A stretch of 51,055 nucleotides of DNA, taken from positions 1 to 51,055 of the forward strand of contig JBDHHQ010000071.1 of the NCBI GenBank assembly GCA_039589315.1. The letters run 5' to 3'. The stretch's first letter is position 1. Every line of letters starts with the position of its first letter. A model generated the notes under the pieces. The model worked only from the letters and a program-made list of their open reading frames with translations, was not told the origin of the DNA and ran no database searches. Shown here in pieces: positions 28,801 through 36,608 of the stretch. A program made the position numbers and the translations under genes. This stretch comes from Gemmatimonadota bacterium. GTDB taxonomy: Bacteria; Gemmatimonadota; Gemmatimonadetes; Longimicrobiales; Gaopeijiaceae.

Positions 28801-28963
28801 CGTAACCGCGGGAGTGAAGGAGGTCACGGCCGACTATCTCGGCGTGTGGAGCGGCATCCAGGCCGAGCTACAGGTGATCAAGAACGAGGACATCCCGGCG
28901 TACAACGAGGTGCTGCGGAGGGCCGGCCTGCCGGAGGTCTACCTGGCGACTCCGGTGACGTGA
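25805..28963 (+). CDS. VPS10/BNR-repeat beta-propeller protein (putative glycosyl hydrolase)
   Basis: RGIGPSRGGRV, many Asp-box repeats (KTTDAGTTW, KSTDAGETW, RSEDGGQTW, RSDDAGETF), DHHALWINP, signal peptide. Confidence 0.92.
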   Translation: MRATPVTTLRISWLAILAAAAPPLLVSPSQVHAQVDPGLFQSMEYRGIGPSRGGRVTTVTGIPGQTYTFYMGATGGGVWKTTDAGTTWHNISDGYFNTTGIGSIAVAPSDANVVYVGTGESPVRGVKTSHGDGVYKSTDAGETWTHLGLEATRHISRIIVHPTDPDRVFLAAQGNPWGPNEERGIYRSEDGGQTWHKILFVNEDAGIVDLTVDATNPNIMMATSWEFRRWPWVVKSGGPGSRVYKTTDGGENWREITEGLPDLKGKMGIAISPASPRIVYMAIEAKDGQGGVYRSDDAGETFRQVSDDPRTWARAWYYMHIIADPNDADEVWVLNSGAMRSIDGGQTYTRIPDSHVDHHALWINPADSDVMINGNDGGASVTFNGGQTWSSVMNQPTAQMYRVITDNQYPYRVYSGQQDASGIVIDSRTLGDGIGQTHWTTIRSGESATIAFDPEDPRYVYSTFFASFLGEWDRDTNNYRMVRPYPERVTGEQPRNLELRANWNGPVTASPHDPTVIYYGSQYLMKSTDRGNSWEILSPDLTRNDKEHQGPGGYPISNEQITAESYNNLFDIQESPLEEGVIWVGSDDGLVHVTRDGGETWENVTPEGLAESIINVIEASPHDPATAYFAAAGYKMNDFTPHIYKTNDYGQTWQQIVNGIPGNTFARSVREDPDRRGLLYAGTETGMFVSFDDGAVWQELQLNLPEVPITDLRVRQKDLVVSTQGRSLWILDDLTPLHQMSDAVASADYHLYQPRDTYRSIARGYYAEGGPGENPPAGVQVHYVLSAPVADDTPITMEILDQDGRVVFSEVSPDGSPDCEASPRPRNLTREAGANRWSWNMQVGEFACLDEITATSPGLSAYPAAPGPYQARLTVGDFQQTQDFRILIDPRLEGIAADPEAEYAELDHLSASLYGAASEMARGVRDLRQVKEQLDFILEVSTSREVTEGGEALDETVDEWIAQILQKELKTFQNAYQHEARLLMKYKDLLERIGGANIPVTAGVKEVTADYLGVWSGIQAELQVIKNEDIPAYNEVLRRAGLPEVYLATPVT

Positions 28964-29060
28964 CCCCCCAGGGGGACCGGAGGCCGGCACATTGCGACGC
29001 GCACGCTCGATCGTTGTGGAATCAGCAGGCAGGTGGGGATGCGTCCCTGCAAGCGAGTGA

Positions 29061-29453
29061 TCAGGTCGCTGCAGAATCCAGATCGGTCTTCGCGAAATCG
29101 TCTCCCACGAACAGAAGCGCCTCTCCCGACAGGCTGGCCGCAGCATAGGTCAGGCAGTCGCCGAAGTTCAGACCGGCGGGGTGCCGCCCCCGACCGAAGC
29201 GACGAAAGGCGTCGACGGCCTCTCGCCAATGGACACCCCCGAACTGGATCTCCTCGATATCCAGCTCGTCCAGGATTCGTTCCAGCATCCCGTGGGACGC
29301 CGCACCCAGGCGAGCCTCCAGCAAGATGCCCGTCTCCGCCAGAGTCGGCGCACCGGCGGCAACCACGGGCGCTGCTTCGACCTGGCGCAGTAGCTGCTCG
29401 AAGGCCGGTTCCCTGAACACGATGGCGAGTATGGCCGAGGAATCGAGGATCAC
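29061..29453 (-). CDS. vapC: VapC family PIN-domain toxin
   Basis: (V)ILDSSAILAI..EP, TLAETGIL, FGRGRHPAGLNFGDCLTYA, LLFVGDDFAKTD. GGAGG SD before GTG 29453. Confidence 0.93.
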   Translation of the reverse strand: MILDSSAILAIVFREPAFEQLLRQVEAAPVVAAGAPTLAETGILLEARLGAASHGMLERILDELDIEEIQFGGVHWREAVDAFRRFGRGRHPAGLNFGDCLTYAAASLSGEALLFVGDDFAKTDLDSAAT

Positions 29454-29571
29454 ACACCCTCCTCGCGCTCCGACGGTGAGCTCCGGCATGGCGCCGCCGG
29501 TGCGACGGCCCTCGGGCAGGACGCCGGGCTCGCAGGCTACCAGCGCCGACCTCGCACATCCAGCGGCCCAC

Positions 29572-30648
29572 CTACCTCGAGAAGATCTCCTGCAACTCGT
29601 CCGGTCGATTCGTGTGGGTCAGCGCCACCAGCAGGAGAACGCGGGCCTTGTGCGGACTCAGGTTGTCGGCGAAAACGCACCCGATCTCCCGCAGGGTGAC
29701 GCCCTTACCGGGTCCGACGTACATGGGGATGGTCCGACCTGCGTGGACCCGGGTCGAGATCACGACGGGAATGCCCTGCTCGCGGGCTTCGACGATGGCG
29801 TCGTGCATCGCCGAGGACACGTTGCCGAGTCCGGAAGCCTCCACCACCAGGCCGCCCAGCCCACCCTGCTCGAGGAGGCCCAGGATGGCCCGCCCATCGG
29901 CCCCGGCGTAGTTGGTGACGATGTCCACACGACCCAGCTCACCATTGACCGACAGCTGCTGTCGGCGCACAGGCGCCCGGTAGTAGCGCACGCCATCGGG
30001 CTCGACCGACCCCAGGGCGCCGAACCCCGGGCTCATGAAGGTGGCCACGTTCCAGGTGTGGGTCTTGGTCACGTCCCGGGCGGCGTGGATCTCCCCGTTG
30101 AGGACCACGAGCGTGCCCAGTCCACGGGAGTCAGGCAAGATCACGGTCCGAATCGCGTCGCCCAGGTTGCGAGGCCCGTCCGAGTCGGGCACCGAGGCGG
30201 CCCGCTGCGCTCCGACCACCACGACCGGCTTGTCGCTCCGTACCGTCAGGTCGAGGAAGTAGGCGGTCTCTTCCAGGGTGTCGGTGCCGTGCGTGACCAC
30301 CACGCCGGAGACGTCGGGGCGCTCCAACACCTGGGCCGCCCGGCGGCCCACCTCGCTCCACAGGGCCGGCGTCATGTCCGTGCTTCCCACGTTGGACACC
30401 TGGATTACCTCCACCTGGGCGATCGTGTCGAGGCCGGGCACCGCCCGCACCAACTGCTCGCCGGTCACCGCGTTGACGAATCCACCTTGGACCGAATCGT
30501 AGACGCTCGCGATCGTACCGCCTGTCGACAGCACCACGGCCGTCGGGAGCTCCTGGGCCTGCGCGACTGTCAGGGTCGGGCTGGCCGCGCAGAGGACCAT
30601 AAACGCCCAGGATGAGCGGCAACTAACCCACCGAGACGAATGGTGCAT
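29572..30648 (-). CDS. L-asparaginase, secreted type II-like
   Basis: TGGTIA and HGTDTLEETA catalytic motifs, GAQR..DGPRNL, KTHT, KARVLL; signal-like N-terminus; GGAG SD before ATG 30648. Confidence 0.93.
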   Translation of the reverse strand: MHHSSRWVSCRSSWAFMVLCAASPTLTVAQAQELPTAVVLSTGGTIASVYDSVQGGFVNAVTGEQLVRAVPGLDTIAQVEVIQVSNVGSTDMTPALWSEVGRRAAQVLERPDVSGVVVTHGTDTLEETAYFLDLTVRSDKPVVVVGAQRAASVPDSDGPRNLGDAIRTVILPDSRGLGTLVVLNGEIHAARDVTKTHTWNVATFMSPGFGALGSVEPDGVRYYRAPVRRQQLSVNGELGRVDIVTNYAGADGRAILGLLEQGGLGGLVVEASGLGNVSSAMHDAIVEAREQGIPVVISTRVHAGRTIPMYVGPGKGVTLREIGCVFADNLSPHKARVLLLVALTHTNRPDELQEIFSR

Positions 30649-30730
30649 GGTCAGTGCTCCATGGAGTCGGGACCGTTGGCTGGCCGGGCGCCCAGGGCCC
30701 GGGACGCGGGCCCGGCGTCGCCACGCGCCA

Positions 30731-31249
30731 TCAGGACTCAGGGCGCACGACGCGCAGCGAGCGCCGGGCCGACTGGGCTCTCGTGAACACGTCCAGGTAT
30801 GGGCTGCGGGCATCGGCAGCTTCGGTGACACGTCGCAGCTCGGCTTTCGATGCAGTGCTGCATATCGTGACCTCGACCCGAATGTCGAGGTAGCCCGGAT
30901 GGGCCTCGCTGACGCCGAACAGCGCTCCATCGTCGAAGTCGGCCTGTACCTCCACCTCGACGCTCTCGATGGGTACGCCGGCGCGGGCCGCTTCCAGGAC
31001 GTAGCCCATGGCCAGGCAGCTACCGAGGGCAGCGCGCCCCAGGACTCCCGGGGTAGGACCTTTGCCGGCGCCACCGGCCTTTTCGGACATGTCTGCCACG
31101 AGGCGCCAGGGCCCTTCCTCGATCTCACACGTCAGCCCACTCTCGACCCTGCTCCGCGAGACGGCTGTGTTACGGCCGCGTTCGGGATCCTCGCGGAGCT
31201 TGTTCGCGATGCGCGTGAACGCCTCGGCGATCGGCTGTGTGTCGATCAC
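30731..31249 (-). CDS. OsmC family protein
   Basis: ADM..AGG.GKGPTPG..AALGSCL..GY..A..GVPIESVEVEV, GYLDIRV, RSPYLDVF. Confidence 0.9.
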   Translation of the reverse strand: MIDTQPIAEAFTRIANKLREDPERGRNTAVSRSRVESGLTCEIEEGPWRLVADMSEKAGGAGKGPTPGVLGRAALGSCLAMGYVLEAARAGVPIESVEVEVQADFDDGALFGVSEAHPGYLDIRVEVTICSTASKAELRRVTEAADARSPYLDVFTRAQSARRSLRVVRPES

Positions 31250-31347
31250 TGGGTACTCCTGCTAGGGGGAACGGTGTGACGACCTCGGCACCCCCGGACC
31301 ATGTGGTGGGTCCGGGTGTGGCCACAAGTCCGCGACTGCGGATTCCC

Positions 31348-31580
31348 TTGACGTCGTGTTCGATGCGGTCCACTGTGGAGGGCGTCCTCATGACGGTCCA
31401 CCGGCCGCAGCTACGCCGCTGAAGACGACCCGTCTACCCCTCGTGCTCGCGGCGTGCCCCCTCCGAATGGATCCGCCATGAGCGCAGCAATCCACCTCAC
31501 TGACCCGGTGTGCGTCGAGTAGGACGCCGAGGAGTCGTTTCTGCGGCGGGCCAGCCAACTCGCTCGACAGGTTGGCGACT
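31348..31580 (+). pseudogene. Possible collapsed regulator remnant (promoter, SD, 10 codons, TPR-like tail fragment)
   Basis: TTGACG-N17-CACTGT, GGAGGG, ATG 31390 MTVHRPQLRR*. Positions 31523-31579 read DAEESFLRRASQLARQVGD, similar to EAEDRFRQAIRLARQQGA at the end of the SARP gene in this window. Confidence 0.35.
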
Positions 31581-31764
31581 CCAGACGCCCGCCGGCCAAG
31601 GAGTCCGCGCGCCACGTGACCACCGCCCTCTGCACCGATAGCCGCTCCCTCGGGGGAGATCCGCGAGGTGGAGGGCGACCCCCATGTCCGGTTCCTGTCC
31701 GGCCCTTCGCATACCGAGACAGAAGCACAGGACACCACCCCACTTCCATAGAAGGAGTCCCACA

Positions 31765-32328
31765 ATGAGCACCACTACCGCACCGGTCGACAACGGCGTC
31801 AACGTCGAGGCCCTGTTGGGCGCCCGCCAGGCCCTGAGCGAGGCCCCGGAGGCCGCCCAGTTCACGTGGCGCGCCACCTGCGATTGGATCAACGGCACAC
31901 ACAGCAAGTCCAGCGTCGAAGGCTTCTTCGGACTCGGTGAGGAGCAGAGCCACCGGACCCAGTTCAGCTTCGAGACGGACCACCCCGAGATCTTCGCGTC
32001 CGAGGACCACGGCGCCACGCCGGTGGAGCTCGTTCTCGCGGGGCTCGCGGGCTGTCTCACCGCCGGCGTAGCCTCGGTTGCCCAGAACCGTGGCATCCAG
32101 CTCAACTCGGTGCAGGCCGTGCTCGAGGGTGGCATGGACATCCAGGGCATCCTCGGCATCGACAGCGATGTCCGGAACGGCTTCGACGGCATCAAGGTCA
32201 AGTACACCATCGACGCCGACGCGTCGGACGACGAGATCCGGGCCGTGGTTGCCCAGTCGCAGAAGCGCTCGGCCGTCTACGACGCCATCACCAACCCGAC
32301 CCACGTCACGGTCGAAGTCAACAACTGA
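31765..32328 (+). CDS. OsmC family protein
   Basis: VDNGVNVEALLGAR, DHPEIFASEDHGATPVE, LAGCLTAG, ILGID.DVRNGF, SQKRSAVYD. AAGGAG SD. Confidence 0.93.
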   Translation: MSTTTAPVDNGVNVEALLGARQALSEAPEAAQFTWRATCDWINGTHSKSSVEGFFGLGEEQSHRTQFSFETDHPEIFASEDHGATPVELVLAGLAGCLTAGVASVAQNRGIQLNSVQAVLEGGMDIQGILGIDSDVRNGFDGIKVKYTIDADASDDEIRAVVAQSQKRSAVYDAITNPTHVTVEVNN

Positions 32329-32366
32329 TTCGCGTTTTCCGCGAGCGGAGGGGAGGGGCGAGTCCC

Positions 32367-33508
32367 ATGCGAACGACCACCGTCATCATCGGAGCTGGCC
32401 ATGCAGGCCTGGCGGCGAGCCGATGCCTGGCCCAGAGCGCCATCGACCACGTGGTTCTCGAGAGCGGCGAGGTGGCCAACACGTGGAAGACCGAGCGTTG
32501 GGACTCGCTCCGCCTCCTGACCCCCAACTGGCAGAGCCGCTTGCCCGGGTACGGATACCAGGGCGACGATCCCGATGGCTTCCGCACCATTCGCGAGACC
32601 ATTGGCTTCATCGAGCGATACGCCCAGGTGATCGACGCACCGATCCAGACCCACACTACGGTCACGTCTGTACGGCGGGTGGACGAGGGGTACGTCGTGC
32701 AGACGAACCGCGGTTCCTGGCGCTGCCAAGCCGTCATCGTCGCCACCGGCGCATTCCGGATCCCCAACATTCCGGCGGTGGCCGAGCATATCCCGACTGG
32801 GATCCAGACGCTGACTCCCAACCGTTACCGGAACCCGGACCAGCTCGAAGAAGGTGGCGTTCTTGTCGTGGGCGCGTCGTCCACCGGCACACAGATCGCG
32901 GCCGAGCTCCAGCGGTCGGGCCGCCAGGTCGTGCTGGCGGTGGGCGACCATGTCCGGGTGCCCCGGGTCTACCGCGGTCGCGACATCCAATGGTGGATGG
33001 ACGCCATCGGGGCCATGGACGAGCGGTACGACGAGATGGAGAACCTGAACAGGGCCCGCAGCCTGCCGTCCCTGCAGCTCGTTGGCTCGGACGACCGGCG
33101 TATGCTCGACCTGAACGCTCTGACCTCCCGCGGCGTTCGGCTCGTGGGTCGGCTGGCCGGAGTGAACAACGACAAGGCCCAGTTCTCGGGATCGCTGAAC
33201 AACTACTGTGCCTCCGCCGACCTGAAGATGGACCGGCTGCTGGACCGGATCGACGAATGGGTGGAGGAGCACGGCCTCGTCCCGACTACTCCTGGCTCGA
33301 CGTTGCCGTCTTCGACCACAAGGGACGCGTTCGCCACGACGGCGGCGTGGTCGATAGCCCGGGTCTCTACCTCATGGGCCTGCCGTTCCTGCGCCGCCGC
33401 AAGTCGAGCTTCATCGACGGGGCCGGCGACGACGCGCGAGACCTGACCAACCATCTGGCCGCGTATCTCGCGGGAAACGGGGCGACGGGTCGGGTGCGGG
33501 TGGCGTAG
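32367..33508 (+). pseudogene. Flavin-containing monooxygenase-like oxidoreductase with an internal deletion and frameshift
   Basis: IIGAGHAG, ERWDSLRLLTPNW, VATG and LVVGASSTG run in frame up to EEHGL (33278). RPDYSWLDV..PGLYLMGLPFLRRRKSSFIDG continues in another frame to 33508. The intervening segment with the WATG motif is absent. Confidence 0.88.
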
Positions 33509-33524
33509 GGAGACGTCCGATCTA

Positions 33525-33644
33525 GCTCAGCGACCCGTCGGTTCTTCGGGCAGCCGTCCGAGGAGGACGGTCGTCGACCAACAGAGCCCCGCGCCGAATC
33601 GCCTCGGCGCGGGGCTCGTCGGTCCGCCAGCCCGTCCGCTGAGC
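33525..33644. other. Multi-stem intergenic structure containing a perfect 14-bp hairpin
   Basis: GCTCAGCG/CGCTGAGC outer stem enclosing CCGTCC/GGACGG and GAGCCCCGCGCCGA-ATCGCC-TCGGCGCGGGGCTC (33584-33617). Confidence 0.5.
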
Positions 33645-33727
33645 ACTTGACGCCCCCCTCGAGACAGGGTCGTTTGTGAGAGGGCAAGGCAGTCGGCCCC
33701 CTCCCGCTCCCCGTCCAGGAGGTTCCC

Positions 33728-34207
33728 ATGGTACGGATACGTTCCCTGCTTCTCCCAACCGTCCTCGTGACCCTGGCAGCGTGCCAGGCCCCGCCCGCAG
33801 AAGAGCCGATGATGAGCGCAGCCGAGGTCCGGGCCGCCGTCGATCAGGTACGCACTGCGTGGTTCGAGCTAGCAGCCCAGGACGACGCGGCAGGCGTAGC
33901 CGCTCTCTACGCGAGCGACGCTGTGCTCGTGGACGCCGAGGGCACCGTGGCCCGGGGTCCGGCCGAGATCGAGGCGTTTTGGGCCCAAGGCTTTCCCGTT
34001 GCTTCGGACCTACAGAGCGAGGTCCTGGAATTCCGCGCCGCGGGCGATGTCGCCTACGAGACCGGCACCTATTCCCAGACGATCACGATACCGGATATGG
34101 ATGCCATGACGGTGTCAGGCAACTACGCGGTGGTTTCGGAGCAACAGGCCGATGGGAGCTGGAAGATCACGATGCACGTGTCATCCCAGCACCCACCGAC
34201 CATGTAG
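33728..34207 (+). CDS. SnoaL-like/DUF4440 (NTF2-fold) lipoprotein
   Basis: Lipobox LAAC; DAAGVAALYASDAVL, GPAEIEAFW, GDVAYETGTY, QADGSWKI. AGGAGG SD. Confidence 0.9.
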   Translation: MVRIRSLLLPTVLVTLAACQAPPAEEPMMSAAEVRAAVDQVRTAWFELAAQDDAAGVAALYASDAVLVDAEGTVARGPAEIEAFWAQGFPVASDLQSEVLEFRAAGDVAYETGTYSQTITIPDMDAMTVSGNYAVVSEQQADGSWKITMHVSSQHPPTM

Positions 34208-34309
34208 GCTTCGGCACGGATTGGCGTCGGCCGGAGACAGCCTTCGGAGTGGAGAGGCCTCCGCACGGGCCCGGGTGACTCCTGTCGGGCCCCCGGGCCC
34301 GCTGCATCT

Positions 34310-35050
34310 TCAGGGTCCGCTCGGCTCCGTGATGTTGTTCCACATGTAGTCTACGTGCGTCTCACAGATCTCGAAGAGCTCCTGCATGGCCAGGGGATCT
34401 GCCTCGCCATAGATCGCCCCCTGCATGTTCAGCAGCGTCGTGTGGTCGGCGCCGCTCATGGTCTCGAGTCGGCGGAAGACGCCGCCGGACCGATGGGCGT
34501 ACCAACCCCAGGAAGCGATGTGGCCCATGTCCATGTGCTTCTGGTACAAGGGCGCGAGGACCTCCTCGAAGATCTCGTCCGCCCGACCCTCCCCGGCGCG
34601 CTCGCACATGTGGTACGACGAGATAGTAGCGGTTCCGAGGGCGTCCGGGTCCGCCGGCGAGTTCGACACTCCGGTCCAGATGTAGTCGTCGTGTGACGGA
34701 CAGTGCGTCCCCAACTCGTCCAAGGCGTTCTCGTCCTGGAGAAGCTCCTGAATGATCTGGTCGCGGGTATCCATCATCTGCTCCAGATCCGATCCTACGG
34801 TGAACAGGCCCCGTCGCCATGCTCCACCCTGTATGTGCGCCAGCAACCCGAAGCCGGTCAGGCTTCCAGCATCCACATGCCGTTGTAGCACGGGGAACCA
34901 CTTTTCGCGGATCACATCGTCGGCCTGGCCCGCAGTGCCTTGGCCGCAGCGGAAATACTGGCCGAAGACGACGACCGCGTCGTCCTGGGCTTCCAGCGGC
35001 GGAGCAACGACCAGCAGGGCTCCGGCGAGGGCGAGGGTCAAACGCCTCAT
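34310..35050 (-). CDS. Secreted hypothetical protein with two tandem similar domains
   Basis: Signal peptide; duplicated pattern Y..C..G..G.AD..I...H.D.G....G..AH..GG..RR...C..H.DY.W. AGGAGG SD. Confidence 0.85.
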   Translation of the reverse strand: MRRLTLALAGALLVVAPPLEAQDDAVVVFGQYFRCGQGTAGQADDVIREKWFPVLQRHVDAGSLTGFGLLAHIQGGAWRRGLFTVGSDLEQMMDTRDQIIQELLQDENALDELGTHCPSHDDYIWTGVSNSPADPDALGTATISSYHMCERAGEGRADEIFEEVLAPLYQKHMDMGHIASWGWYAHRSGGVFRRLETMSGADHTTLLNMQGAIYGEADPLAMQELFEICETHVDYMWNNITEPSGP

Positions 35051-35255
35051 GGGACCTCCTTTGTGGGGGGACGGTCTGAAGAGGCTACAGTATGCAACGG
35101 TGGCGTGGCAAATCTCAACGTTCGCGTCGGGAGCGGAGCAGAATCCGGGGGGAGCCGAGGGATCCTGATGCGCGGTCGTCCGCGCCTTCCCCGGCGACCG
35201 GGGCTGGGCGCCGACGCCCCGGGCGGCTCGCCGAGGAAGCCAGGTCGCTTGCGGC

Positions 35256-36405
35256 TTAGCCGATGAAGTAGTCGTCTGAGATCGGCCGCTGCTCCAGGTT
35301 GTCGATGTACCAGTAGCCCTCGGCGCTCTCCATGCGCATCGGAAAGCCGAGGAATATGTCGCGACCGAGCTCCCTCATCCCTTCCGTGAAGCGGGTGGCG
35401 ATCGAGAACACGTCGGCCAGGCTCAGGCAGAGCTCTTCGGTGGCCCAGGACGTGCCGTCGGGCAGCGCGTATTCCCAAGCGTTGTAGCCGTTCATCGCCT
35501 GGCGTCGACCCGTCCTCAGGTTGTCTCGCCGGGCCCGGTACTCCTCACGGCTGATGGGCACGGGCGGGACCTGGATGAGAGGAACGGGCCGACCCTGGGC
35601 CAGCCACTTGGGAAGGGCCTCGAGTCCGAACCCGCCACTCGGAAGGTCGGGGATCCCCTTCACGTGCCGGTAGGGATCAGAGCGACTCGTGTACACGATG
35701 TGCCGCTGTCCCTTGTCGTCGACGAGCTCGAAGCCTTCGGGTTCCGGAGATTGCGGATGGCCGGCGGATAGGCGTCCTCGCCCATGGTCCAGTTGCCCTG
35801 GCCGTTCGCGAAGGTCACGGCGACCGCAAAGATGTCCGCAACGGATTCGTAGACCGACGCGGACTCGCCTTCGTAGACCGCGCCCGGGTTCACGGATCGG
35901 TAGACCGCGTGGGTGAACTCGTGGGCCACGATATCGAGGGCCGTGATCGCCGACTCGTCGGCGAACTCGAGGTATCCCTGGACGGAGCTGAACCAGGCAC
36001 CGCCGTGGATCGCTCCGATGCGCACATACGCGGGCAGATAGCCGTTCGTGCCGTCGTAGCCCTGGTGCCCGTGGGCGGAGAGGTAGTAGTCGTACGTTCG
36101 CTGCATGCCCCAGTGAACGCCACGAACTCGACGACGAGAGGCAGTGCGGTCTCCGAACCGTGGCGCGTCAGGTTCACGACCGGTTCCTCCACTCGGTTCG
36201 CATCTCCCATGGCCTGGGCTGCGCCCATGGCGGATCCGAGGTGCTGGACGCCGCAGTGGGCGCTCGTCACCGAGACGGCGCAAGCTGCCAGAGCCAGCAT
36301 GCTGGCTCCGGGGCCGCCGTTGCGCCCGTTCTGGCGGCGGGCGCGTAGAACGCCATCGACCGCCTTGGCCAGGGACTTCACGACGACGGACCATGGAAGG
36401 TGCAC
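35256..36405 (-). pseudogene. Fragmented M4 (thermolysin-like) metallopeptidase: three segments separated by two frameshifts
   Basis: AGGAGG plus GTG 36405 opens an N-terminus with a hydrophobic/Cys segment. A frame switch at ~36121 gives VHWGMQRTYDYY..LDIVAHEFTH..YEGESASVYESVADIF..WTMGED..IRNLRNP. A second switch at ~35740 gives EGFELVDDKG...DDYFIG*. Confidence 0.8.
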
Positions 36406-36608
36406 GAGGAGCCTCCTGGCATGGGAACGGAGTGCGGAATGATCACTTTCACAAACGCAGCGATGTTGTGGATCCCGCCAGGAAGCGCAGCCTGCCGAGC
36501 CGGCAGCGTGGGTGGGGTGAGACGCTCGTCAGCGGACCACGGGAGGGGCTACCTATCGGAGACGGCGCCCTGCGGGGAGGGTCTGATCTCACGGGCCCGG
36601 TGGCGGCC

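Noticed and set aside
29572..31128. 518-aa asparaginase and other long N-terminal extensions in the ORF track (e.g. starts at 40588, 47930, 44219, 31684)
   Set aside because: The extensions overlap other genes or look non-coding; downstream starts give typical N-termini, most with SD motifs or signal peptides.
31317..31335. TGTGGCC...CCGCGA resembling the MITE left end
   Set aside because: The match is short and interrupted, with no partner end or target duplication.
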